Below are positions 46,693 through 55,297 of a stretch of DNA of 64,000 nt, one piece after another. The DNA lies in assembly GCA_001898165.1 (NCBI GenBank), contig MKTD01000003.1:58214-122213 (forward strand), in the 5' to 3' direction. Both the position numbers and the translations under genes were made by a program. The stretch comes from Bacteroidia bacterium 43-41 (GTDB lineage: Bacteria > Bacteroidota > Bacteroidia > Bacteroidales > Dysgonomonadaceae). Each line of letters begins with the position of its first letter. Within the stretch, counting starts at the first letter, position 1. The notes beneath the pieces were generated by a model that worked only from the letters and a program-made list of their open reading frames with translations, did no database searches and had not been told where the DNA came from.

Positions 46693-47142
46693 ATGTACGC
46701 GTTAAATTTGCCATCTTTCGATGCTAAAATCCGAAAAAACCCGGACGGCTTGGAGATTTTCGACCCTTTGCGCCGGAAATATGTATCCATGACACCCGAA
46801 GAATGGGTGCGTCAGCATTTTGTACATTACCTGATTTTGGAAAAAGGGTATCCCGCTTCCTTAATGGCGAATGAAGCGATGATCAGGTTAAACTCCCTTA
46901 CGAGGCGCTGCGACACCGTTGTTTATAACAACACTCTCCGGCCGGTGGTTATCTGCGAGTTTAAAAAACCCGATGTGGAAATTACTCAACAGGTTTTCGA
47001 TCAGGTAGTGAGATACAATATTGTGTTGAAAGTGAAATACCTGATTGTTTCCAACGGGATATCGCACTACTGCTGCAGAATGAACTACGATGACATGTCG
47101 TTTGATTATTTACAGGAAATACCGGAGTATGCGAAATTGTAG
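46693..47142 (+). CDS. Stand-alone HsdR-N-terminal-like PD-(D/E)xK domain protein
   Basis: 149 aa. RCDTVVYNNTLRPVVICEFKKPDVEI contains a D...ExK arrangement typical of PD-(D/E)xK nucleases. No methylase, specificity or helicase partner lies nearby. Confidence 0.6.
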   Translation: MYALNLPSFDAKIRKNPDGLEIFDPLRRKYVSMTPEEWVRQHFVHYLILEKGYPASLMANEAMIRLNSLTRRCDTVVYNNTLRPVVICEFKKPDVEITQQVFDQVVRYNIVLKVKYLIVSNGISHYCCRMNYDDMSFDYLQEIPEYAKL

Positions 47143-47153
47143 CTTTTCGCTTT

Positions 47154-48539
47154 TTACTTCTTCATCACATAAAGCTGAAAATTTTCGTATCGCTTTACGA
47201 CCACCTCGTCTCCCTTTTCTATAAATCCTTTCAACGATACAGCATCGTAGTATTGATCTCCTATCCTGACTTTTCCGGACGGGCGGAGCACAGTGGATGC
47301 GATCCCGGCCTGTCCAACCAACGCGAGCGGTTCCATAGGCACTGAAACATATCCTTCCTGGTCGGAAGCTAACGCAACCCTACTGAAAATACCCGGCTTT
47401 CCAATCCGGCTCGACATATAGATAATTAAAGCCAGACCCATTCCTATTCCAGCAGACACAACCATTATTGCCCGGAACAATTGCCTGAGGGATAAGCCGC
47501 TGAAGTTAAAACGAACATTGCCGATCAGGGCAAGTATTAAAGCAGCTAAAACGAGAATTATCCCCGAGATTCCCACAACCCCGAATCCGGGAATGACAAA
47601 AATCTCAAAGACTATCAGGATTAGACCCAGTACAAACAACAGGACTTCCCAGTTTTGGGCATAGCCGGTCAGATAAAGCGGCGTAAAATACAATATCGCT
47701 GCTGTTACGGCTATTGCAGTAGGGAAGCCAATTCCCGGCGTTTGCAGTTCGAAGTAGATGCCGCCGATAATTAACATGATCAGAATGGCCTGTAAAACTC
47801 CGTTCATCAACCCACCCTTTATTTTATCGTAGAGCGTTGGGTTATACGTCTCAATATCGTAATCGCTATAACCCAGGTACTGGACGGCTATCTGGTTGAT
47901 ATTTTCTACAATTCCGTCACAGTAATGCAACTCAACAGCCTGGCTTGCTGTTAATGTCAGTATCTGGGTAGAATCGGCGAAGCCGGGAATCACAATCTTT
48001 TCATCCACCATTGCCTCGGCAACTTTCGGGTCGCGTTTCCATTTCGTCAGCGTATCCCCGTTTTGGATAACCGTATCCCTGCCGTGGCTCTCCGCAGTAG
48101 CGCGCATCATTCCGCGCATATAAGACTGGTATTTGTCGGGAGCTTTGGAACCGTCCTGTCCGCTTACAACTGTTGCTGCCCCGATGGAAGCGCTGGATCT
48201 CATAAAAATACTGTCGCACGCAATGGAGATAAGCGCGCCGGCAGAAGCGGCATTATTATCTATAAAAACATAAACCGGAAGCTGAAAATTCAAAATGGCG
48301 GTCCGCATCGAATCGGCTTCAGCAACGGAACCACCGTATGTGTTCATATGAAGGAGTAAACAACTGGCTTTCTTATCCAAGGCCTGATGCATCCCGTTCT
48401 GCAAATATATCCAGGTGTTGCTTCCAATATTTTCCTTGATATTGATTTTGTAAATCAAAGGTTTTGAATTCTGTCCGTAAATCGAATTGAGAGACAAAAT
48501 GAAAAACAAAACTAAAATTTGCTTAATATTTTTCATCAT
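47154..48539 (-). CDS. NfeD-family membrane-bound ClpP-class serine protease (long form)
   Basis: Signal peptide, ClpP-like domain (LLHMNTYGGSVAEADSM...NNAASAGALISIACD), 4-5 TM helices, and a C-terminal OB domain (GKVRIGDQYYDAVS...GDEVVVKR). Confidence 0.8.
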   Translation of the reverse strand: MMKNIKQILVLFFILSLNSIYGQNSKPLIYKINIKENIGSNTWIYLQNGMHQALDKKASCLLLHMNTYGGSVAEADSMRTAILNFQLPVYVFIDNNAASAGALISIACDSIFMRSSASIGAATVVSGQDGSKAPDKYQSYMRGMMRATAESHGRDTVIQNGDTLTKWKRDPKVAEAMVDEKIVIPGFADSTQILTLTASQAVELHYCDGIVENINQIAVQYLGYSDYDIETYNPTLYDKIKGGLMNGVLQAILIMLIIGGIYFELQTPGIGFPTAIAVTAAILYFTPLYLTGYAQNWEVLLFVLGLILIVFEIFVIPGFGVVGISGIILVLAALILALIGNVRFNFSGLSLRQLFRAIMVVSAGIGMGLALIIYMSSRIGKPGIFSRVALASDQEGYVSVPMEPLALVGQAGIASTVLRPSGKVRIGDQYYDAVSLKGFIEKGDEVVVKRYENFQLYVMKK

Positions 48540-48637
48540 TCAATAGGTTTATGTTACAAAGATAGTTGTTTTTCGATTCTACATTGTCGCTTTTAAAAAA
48601 AACTGATTATATTTGCTCTTTTAAATTTAAATCTACT

Positions 48638-49012
48638 ATGTTTAAAATTTTAGTTAGTTTAGGTTCGAACATATACTCAAAACAGAATATTGACAGGGCA
48701 AGAAGAATGCTCGCTCACTATTTTCCCGATATTGTCTTTACCCAATCGATAATAACTACGGTCAACGACGAGAAGCATTTATTCCCGTTTAGGAATGTGC
48801 TGGCTGTTTTTCATAGCGACCAGCCTGCGGAAAAGATTATCCAAAAACTGAAATTGATAGAGTTTGCCATGGGGCGGCAACCGCGGGATAAAGAAGAGGG
48901 AAAGGTGATTATAGATATTGATCTGCTTCAATATGGCGACAACATTCTTCGTCCGGAGGATTACGAGAGAGCTTATGTGCAGGCTTTGTTGACTCAATTA
49001 ATCGGTCAATAG
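48638..49012 (+). CDS. folK: Probable 6-hydroxymethyl-7,8-dihydropterin pyrophosphokinase (HPPK-like)
   Basis: MFKILVSLGSNIYSKQNIDRA...FRNVLAVFHSDQPAEKIIQKLKLIEFAMGR...IIDIDLL shows the HPPK pattern, but the protein is short and divergent. The ATG at 48638 is preferred over the ORF start at 48566. Confidence 0.5.
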   Translation: MFKILVSLGSNIYSKQNIDRARRMLAHYFPDIVFTQSIITTVNDEKHLFPFRNVLAVFHSDQPAEKIIQKLKLIEFAMGRQPRDKEEGKVIIDIDLLQYGDNILRPEDYERAYVQALLTQLIGQ

Positions 49013-51213
49013 TTCAATCTTGTCACCGATTTTACCCCTTTCACTGCTTTCAGTTTTTTCATTAATTGCTCCAGCATAGACGTGTTTGCTAACATTACCG
49101 TGATGTTTCCCTGAAATAGTCCATCGTTTGAATCAATGGAAATGGAGCGCATCTGTACGCCGTCTTCTTTTGAGATGATCGACATCAGGTTGGCTACAAT
49201 ATTGAGCTGATCGTTTCCGATAACGCGCAGCACGGAGGTATAGCTTGCCGTGCCCGATGCTTTGCCCGACCATCGGGCTTTCAGGATCCGGTAACCGAAC
49301 CGCGAAAACAGATCGTGTGCATTGGGGCAACTTATCCTGTGGATCTTAATCCCTTGCGAAGAGACAAATCCGAAAATCTCATCGCCGTAAATAGGGTTAC
49401 AGCACTTTGCCAACCTATAATCCACCCCGGTCAGGTTTTGATCGATAATAAGTTCATCTGTACTCTTTATATCCTGCGAATGCGGTTTAATAACAAAGTT
49501 GTCTGCACTCGTAGCAGTAGATAAATCCCTGTGTTCAATATCTTTACTCCCCAGCTCCAAGTAACGGTCTATTACCCAGTTTACTTCCAGTTTTTCAGCG
49601 GCGATATCGATATAAAAGTCGGTTACCGTTTTGTATTTTAACTTTTTAATCAGTTGCATCAGCAGCGGATCATCCAAATCTATCTTGCGGTTCTTCATTC
49701 GCCGCGACAACATTTCCTTAGCAATGTCCACCTGTTTTCCGGCTTCTTCCTTAAGCAACTGGCGGATTCGGGTCTTAGCTTTCGAAGTCACCACGTAATT
49801 CAACCAGTCCTGCTTGGGCGTCTGATGCGATGATGTGTTGATCTCTACCTGGTCGCCGCTCTTCAGCAAGTGTTTTATAGGCACATTCTTACCGTTCACC
49901 TTCCCCGACACGCAAGTGGAGCCCAATTTAGAATGTATTGCAAATGCAAAATCGAGTACCGATGCACCTTTAGGCAACTTGAACAGGTCGCCTTTCGGCG
50001 TAAAGACAAAGATCTCCTCTTCGTACAAATTGAGTTTGAAATCGCCCAGTTTATCCCTGATATCCACATCTTTGCTCTCGAGAGACTCCCGCAACGATTT
50101 TAACCAGTCGTCGAGCGTCGATTCTTCTTTCACCCCTTTGTATTTCCAGTGTGCAGCCAAACCCCGCTCGGCAATATCATCCATCCGCCGGGTCCTGATC
50201 TGCACTTCCACCCATTTTGAGTCCGGTCCCATCACCGTGATGTGTAACGACTCGTAACCGTTGCTTTTGGGTATGGAGAGCCAGTCTTTCAACCGCTTCG
50301 GATTGGGCTGATACATATCGGTTACAATGGAGTAAACCTGCCAGCAATGTGTCTTCTCCATCTCCGAAGGAGAATCGAGGATAATACGTATGGCAAAAAG
50401 GTCGTAAATATTATCAAACTCAATTTTTTGCTTTTTCAGCTTACTGTTGATGGAATGGATGGATTTTGTACGGCCCTTGATATCGTATTTCAGGCTGGTC
50501 TTATCGAGGCGTTCCTTTAACGGACGAATAAATTCCTCAATATATTTGTCGCGTGAGCGTTTGGTCTCATTCAGTTTTCGGGCAATGAAATCGTAGGTCT
50601 CCCGGTCGGTATATTTCAACGACAGGTCTTCCAGCTCCGATTTAATGGTGTATAACCCCAGCCGGTGTGCCAACGGCGCGTATAGATAGGCGGATTCAAC
50701 GGAAAGGTCCAATCGCTTTTCCGAAGTTATTTCTTTTGCATCGCGCATCAATTGCAGTTGCTCTGCCAGCAGGATGAACACCACACGAACATCTTCGGCA
50801 ATGGAGAGCAGCAGCTTGATGTAATTCTCCGACTCAACGCGTGATTTTTTTTCGGCCAGATCACTCACTTTCTTTAAACCCCGAAGAATTATTGCCACTT
50901 CGTCACCGAAATTCTTTCGGATATCATCTATTGCGACGTGCCCTTTCAATACCGGCCTGAACAATAAAGCCGCGCAGACCACCGCCTGCTTTAATCCAAT
51001 CTCATCGACTAAAATCGTAGCTGTCCTCATATCGAACAGAAGATTGTGCAGCAAGCCTTCCCGATTTTCATCAACGGATTTTTGCAAAGAATCCCTCACG
51101 GTTTTTTTCAACGAACCGGTTTTCTGCATACTCCATTTCTGCCGGAATAAATCGTACAGTTTCCGGTGCAAAAAAACATAGTCATCTATACGGATGTCGG
51201 GGTCTGTTTCCAT
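49006..51213 (-). CDS. relA: RelA/SpoT-homolog (p)ppGpp synthetase with TGS and ACT domains; the hydrolase HD motif appears degenerate
   Basis: Synthetase core (IKGRTKSIHSINSKL...DLFAIRIIL...GYESLHITV), TGS (IFVFTPKGDLFKLPKGASVLDFAFAIH) and a C-terminal ACT domain. Where SpoT-like enzymes have ALLHDxxED, this protein reads AALLFRPVLKG. Confidence 0.88.
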   Translation of the reverse strand: METDPDIRIDDYVFLHRKLYDLFRQKWSMQKTGSLKKTVRDSLQKSVDENREGLLHNLLFDMRTATILVDEIGLKQAVVCAALLFRPVLKGHVAIDDIRKNFGDEVAIILRGLKKVSDLAEKKSRVESENYIKLLLSIAEDVRVVFILLAEQLQLMRDAKEITSEKRLDLSVESAYLYAPLAHRLGLYTIKSELEDLSLKYTDRETYDFIARKLNETKRSRDKYIEEFIRPLKERLDKTSLKYDIKGRTKSIHSINSKLKKQKIEFDNIYDLFAIRIILDSPSEMEKTHCWQVYSIVTDMYQPNPKRLKDWLSIPKSNGYESLHITVMGPDSKWVEVQIRTRRMDDIAERGLAAHWKYKGVKEESTLDDWLKSLRESLESKDVDIRDKLGDFKLNLYEEEIFVFTPKGDLFKLPKGASVLDFAFAIHSKLGSTCVSGKVNGKNVPIKHLLKSGDQVEINTSSHQTPKQDWLNYVVTSKAKTRIRQLLKEEAGKQVDIAKEMLSRRMKNRKIDLDDPLLMQLIKKLKYKTVTDFYIDIAAEKLEVNWVIDRYLELGSKDIEHRDLSTATSADNFVIKPHSQDIKSTDELIIDQNLTGVDYRLAKCCNPIYGDEIFGFVSSQGIKIHRISCPNAHDLFSRFGYRILKARWSGKASGTASYTSVLRVIGNDQLNIVANLMSIISKEDGVQMRSISIDSNDGLFQGNITVMLANTSMLEQLMKKLKAVKGVKSVTRLNY

Positions 51214-51305
51214 TTTTGTCGTCTCAAGTCCGGTTTACAATGTAAAATTACAATTTTTTGGCATAAATCTGCGATTTTATCCACAAACTTGCCGCTGGAT
51301 AAGTC

Positions 51306-51324
51306 AAAAAATCTGTTTTGAAAC
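51306..51324 (-). repeat. Weak core copy (reverse complement GTTTCAAAACAGATTTTTT)
   Basis: Shares only TTCAAAACAG (10 nt) with the 28-nt repeat and could be a chance match. Confidence 0.25.
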
Positions 51325-51396
51325 TGCCCCTCCACGTTGCCATCTATTTCAATTCACAGCATTATTTATTAAATTTGCATTTCTAAAAACGAACAA

Positions 51397-53955
51397 ATGA
51401 AAAACTTATCACTTTTGCTGTTGATGCTTTTGCCATTTCTCGGTTTCGCACAGGAAAGTGCAGAAACCCTATCGTTAAATGCCGGATGGTCCTTCTCCCA
51501 AGCCGGGAAAGATACCTGGTACGAGGCACAGGTTCCGGGTTCGGTGCAGCACGACCTGATCCGCCACAAAGTTTTACCCGATCCGTTTTACGGGACCAAC
51601 GAAAAGCTGATTCAATGGGTGGAAGATGAAAATTGGGATTTTAAAAAAACGTTTACCGTCCCGGCAGAACTGCTCAACCGTGACGATGCGATCCTCTTCT
51701 TCGAAGGATTGGACACGCAGGCCGACGTTTACCTGAACGGTTCCCGTATTTTACGTTCCGAAAATATGTTTATAGGACATAAGGTATCGGTAAAAAACAT
51801 ACTCAAAGAAGGCGAAAACATGTTGTACATCCGGTTTTACTCACCCGTACAATCGCTGATGCCCGCACGCATAACCGCGGGTTACGATTATCCTGCCGGA
51901 AACGACCACCGGGATGAAAAATTGAGTGTCTATAACCGGAAAGCGCCTTACCATTTTGGTTGGGACTGGGGGATCCGCATAGCACAGATGGGTATCTGGA
52001 AACCGGTTTCATTGGTGTTTTACGACAAGGCGCGAATTGATGATTTCTATGTGAAACAGCAATCTGTTACGGTGCAATCGGCAAAAATAGATAATATTGT
52101 TGAAGCGTTCTCTGTTGCCGAAAAGCCCGTTTCCGCAACCGTTACGGTTGAATATGCCGTAAAAGGGGAAGCAAAAAAATCAGTATCAAAAGAAGTAACG
52201 CTGCATCCGGGTAAAAACACCGTTTCTATCCCGTTGGAGATTACCGATCCAAAAAGATGGATGCCAACCGGCTGGGGCGAGCAATACTTGTATGATTTCA
52301 CGGCAACCGTTACGGTGGATAACCGGATAATCGCCGAAAAATCCGAAAGAGTCGGGTTACGTACGGTCAGGTTAGTACAGGAACCGGACGAGCACGGAAA
52401 ATCGTTCTATTTTGAGGTAAACGGCATTCCTTTGTTTGCCAAAGGCTCCAATTATATTCCGGGTGAAATTTTCACTACCCAACAAAACGAAGATTATTAC
52501 GCAAAGCTTTTCGATAATATAGAAGCAGCAAATATGAACTTTGTCCGCGTTTGGGGCGGCGGGATCTACGAGAACGAAGAATTTTACCGCCAGGCCGATG
52601 AGAGAGGTATCGTTGTTTGGCAGGATTTTATTTTCGGTTGTGTACCCTACCCGTCCGACGATACTTTTCTCGATAATGTTAAAAATGAAGTGATCTATAA
52701 CATCAAGCGATTGCGTAACCACGCTTCACTGGCGTTCTGGTGCGGCAATAACGAGGTGGAGGAAGGCCTTCAGCACTGGGGTTGGAACAAGCAATATCCG
52801 GCAGACACTTACAACCACTGGCTCAAAGGCTACGACAGAACGTTCCGTGAACTCATTCCTGAGCTGGTAAAAGAATTTGACGGGACACGCAGCTATATCC
52901 ACGGTTCGCCATACGATTCCAACTGGGGAAATCCTGAAACGTTTGCATCGAGCGACGTTCACGATTGGGGGCTTTGGTACGGCAATCTCCCGTTTGAAGG
53001 GATGGCCGATCGACTTCCGCGTTTTGCCAGCGAATTCGGATTCCAATCGTTCCCCGAAATGAAAACCATCCGCTCTTTCGCGCCCCAAGATCAGTGGAGC
53101 CTGGAAAGCGAAGTGATGAAAATCCATCAAAAAGCATCTACCGGAAACTCGCTCATCAAAAAGTATATGGATATGTATTATCACGAACCCCAAAATTTCG
53201 AAGATTTCGTCTATATCGGGCTGGTGATGCAGGGCAACGGCATGGAAGAGTCGGTAGAAGCGATGCGTCGCGGCAGGGATTATTGCATGGGCGCATTGTA
53301 TTGGCAGATAAACGACGATTGGCCTGTGGTATCGTGGTCGAGCATTGATTATTACGGCAACTGGAAAGCACAGCACTACCGTATGCGCGATGTATTTGCA
53401 CCGTTGGCATTGGGTGTAAAATTCAAAGATGACCAACTGAATTATTACACCATGTCCGATTATCTGAACGATATGAATGACTTACGGTTAACTGTGCAGG
53501 TAGTGGATTTCAACAAAGGCGTGGTAAAACAATTCGAGGAAAAAGTGAACGCGAAAGCCAATTCCAGCAACGTGGTGAAAACAATCAACACCGCAGAAAT
53601 GGTCTCCGAATCCGATAAAGCAAATACGATGATCCACGCATGGTTAAGCGACAGCAAAGGGAAAAAACTCTCATCCAAAGATTATTTCTTCTATTGGCCC
53701 AATAAGCTTAACTTGCCGCAGACCACCGTAAAAAGTTCGGTAAAATATGCCGACGGTAAATATACCGTTACGCTCACGAGCAAAAAGTTGGCGAAAGACG
53801 TTTTCGTGGAAATCCCGGTAATGGGAGCAAAATTTACCGATAATTTCATTGATCTGCTTCCGGGAGAAAAGAGAGTAATAGAAATAACTTCTCCCGCACT
53901 GAAAGCATCGGAAAAGACGCCAATTACGGTGAAGCACATCCGGGAAACGTATTAG
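51397..53955 (+). CDS. Glycoside hydrolase family 2, beta-mannosidase-like, secreted
   Basis: Signal peptide, LNAGWSFSQ...WYEAQVPGSVQHDL (GH2 N-terminal sugar-binding domain), catalytic region NFVRVWGGGIYE...WCGNNE...SEFGFQS. Confidence 0.8.
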   Translation: MKNLSLLLLMLLPFLGFAQESAETLSLNAGWSFSQAGKDTWYEAQVPGSVQHDLIRHKVLPDPFYGTNEKLIQWVEDENWDFKKTFTVPAELLNRDDAILFFEGLDTQADVYLNGSRILRSENMFIGHKVSVKNILKEGENMLYIRFYSPVQSLMPARITAGYDYPAGNDHRDEKLSVYNRKAPYHFGWDWGIRIAQMGIWKPVSLVFYDKARIDDFYVKQQSVTVQSAKIDNIVEAFSVAEKPVSATVTVEYAVKGEAKKSVSKEVTLHPGKNTVSIPLEITDPKRWMPTGWGEQYLYDFTATVTVDNRIIAEKSERVGLRTVRLVQEPDEHGKSFYFEVNGIPLFAKGSNYIPGEIFTTQQNEDYYAKLFDNIEAANMNFVRVWGGGIYENEEFYRQADERGIVVWQDFIFGCVPYPSDDTFLDNVKNEVIYNIKRLRNHASLAFWCGNNEVEEGLQHWGWNKQYPADTYNHWLKGYDRTFRELIPELVKEFDGTRSYIHGSPYDSNWGNPETFASSDVHDWGLWYGNLPFEGMADRLPRFASEFGFQSFPEMKTIRSFAPQDQWSLESEVMKIHQKASTGNSLIKKYMDMYYHEPQNFEDFVYIGLVMQGNGMEESVEAMRRGRDYCMGALYWQINDDWPVVSWSSIDYYGNWKAQHYRMRDVFAPLALGVKFKDDQLNYYTMSDYLNDMNDLRLTVQVVDFNKGVVKQFEEKVNAKANSSNVVKTINTAEMVSESDKANTMIHAWLSDSKGKKLSSKDYFFYWPNKLNLPQTTVKSSVKYADGKYTVTLTSKKLAKDVFVEIPVMGAKFTDNFIDLLPGEKRVIEITSPALKASEKTPITVKHIRETY

Positions 53956-54063
53956 ACAGAGCAAAGAACAAAGAGCAAAGACAAAAGACAGTTTAAAAAA
54001 CGAAGAACGAATAACTAAAAGTGAAAAACTATTCACTTTTCATTATTCACTTTAAGAGTAAAT

Positions 54064-55287
54064 ATGAAATCATTAAAAGAATTATATAGAATCGGGAATG
54101 GCCCGTCGAGCAGCCACACCATGGGTCCTAAAAAGGCGGCTGAACTGTTTCTGGGAAGAACGCCCGAAGCCGTGAGATACTCGGTGACGCTGTACGGAAG
54201 CCTGGCAGCTACCGGAAAAGGACACTTAACCGACACTGCTATCCTGAACGTGTTGGAGCCGCACGCTCCTACCACCATCGAATGGTTGCCCAAGACATTC
54301 CTGCCGTTCCATCCCAATGCGATGAGGTATGATGCGTTGGATGCCGAAGGTAAAAAAATCGATTCGTGGACGGTTTATAGCGTAGGTGGCGGAGCACTAA
54401 GCGACGGAGAGAATGTGGTAGGTTTATCCGAAACGGCGCAAAAAGATATTTATCCAATGACAAACATTGCCGATATACAGGCCTGGTGCGAACAAAACGG
54501 CAGAACATATTGGGAATACGTTGAGATTCACGAAGATCCAGATCTCTGGGATCATTTGCACAACGTGTGGCAGGTAATGAAAGCAGCCGTAAAAAACGGT
54601 CTGGATAACGAAGGAGTATTGCCCGGCCCGTTAAACCTGCAACGCAAAGCGGCATCGTATTTCATAAAAGCCAAAGGTTACAAGGCATCGCTTCAATCGC
54701 GCGGATTAGTTTTTGCCTATGCGTTGGCGGTCTCTGAAGAAAACGCTTCGGGCGGCAAGATTGTCACCGCACCCACATGCGGTTCGTGCGGCGTGCTTCC
54801 AGCCATCCTGTATCATCTGGAAGAGAGCCGCGACTTCAGCGAAACCCGTATTTTGCGGGCGTTGGCTACAGCCGGATTGTTCGGTAATGTGGTAAAACAA
54901 AACGCATCGATATCGGGTGCCGAAGTGGGTTGCCAGGGTGAGGTGGGCGTTGCCTGCTCCATGGCTGCCGCCGCTGCCAGCCAACTGTTCGGCGGTAGCC
55001 CGGCACAAATTGAATATGCTGCCGAGATGGGTCTGGAGCACCACCTGGGAATGACGTGCGACCCGGTTTGCGGCTTGGTGCAGGTGCCTTGTATCGAGCG
55101 GAACGCATATGCAGCAGCCCGGGCGTTGGACGCCAACCTCTACTCATCGTTTACGGATGGGACCCATTTAGTGTCGTTCGACCACGTGGTTGAAGTGATG
55201 AAACAGACCGAGCATGATTTACCCTCACTCTACAAAGAAACCGGAGAAGGCGGACTGGCCAGGGATTACAAAAGAATGAACAATTAA
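54064..55287 (+). CDS. sdaA: L-serine ammonia-lyase, iron-sulfur dependent (fused beta/alpha)
   Basis: LYRIGNGPSSSHTMGP...TAPTCGSCGVLPA...GAEVGCQGEVGVACSMAA...GMTCDPVCGLVQVPCIERN. Confidence 0.92.
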   Translation: MKSLKELYRIGNGPSSSHTMGPKKAAELFLGRTPEAVRYSVTLYGSLAATGKGHLTDTAILNVLEPHAPTTIEWLPKTFLPFHPNAMRYDALDAEGKKIDSWTVYSVGGGALSDGENVVGLSETAQKDIYPMTNIADIQAWCEQNGRTYWEYVEIHEDPDLWDHLHNVWQVMKAAVKNGLDNEGVLPGPLNLQRKAASYFIKAKGYKASLQSRGLVFAYALAVSEENASGGKIVTAPTCGSCGVLPAILYHLEESRDFSETRILRALATAGLFGNVVKQNASISGAEVGCQGEVGVACSMAAAAASQLFGGSPAQIEYAAEMGLEHHLGMTCDPVCGLVQVPCIERNAYAAARALDANLYSSFTDGTHLVSFDHVVEVMKQTEHDLPSLYKETGEGGLARDYKRMNN

Positions 55288-55297
55288 AACACGGACT

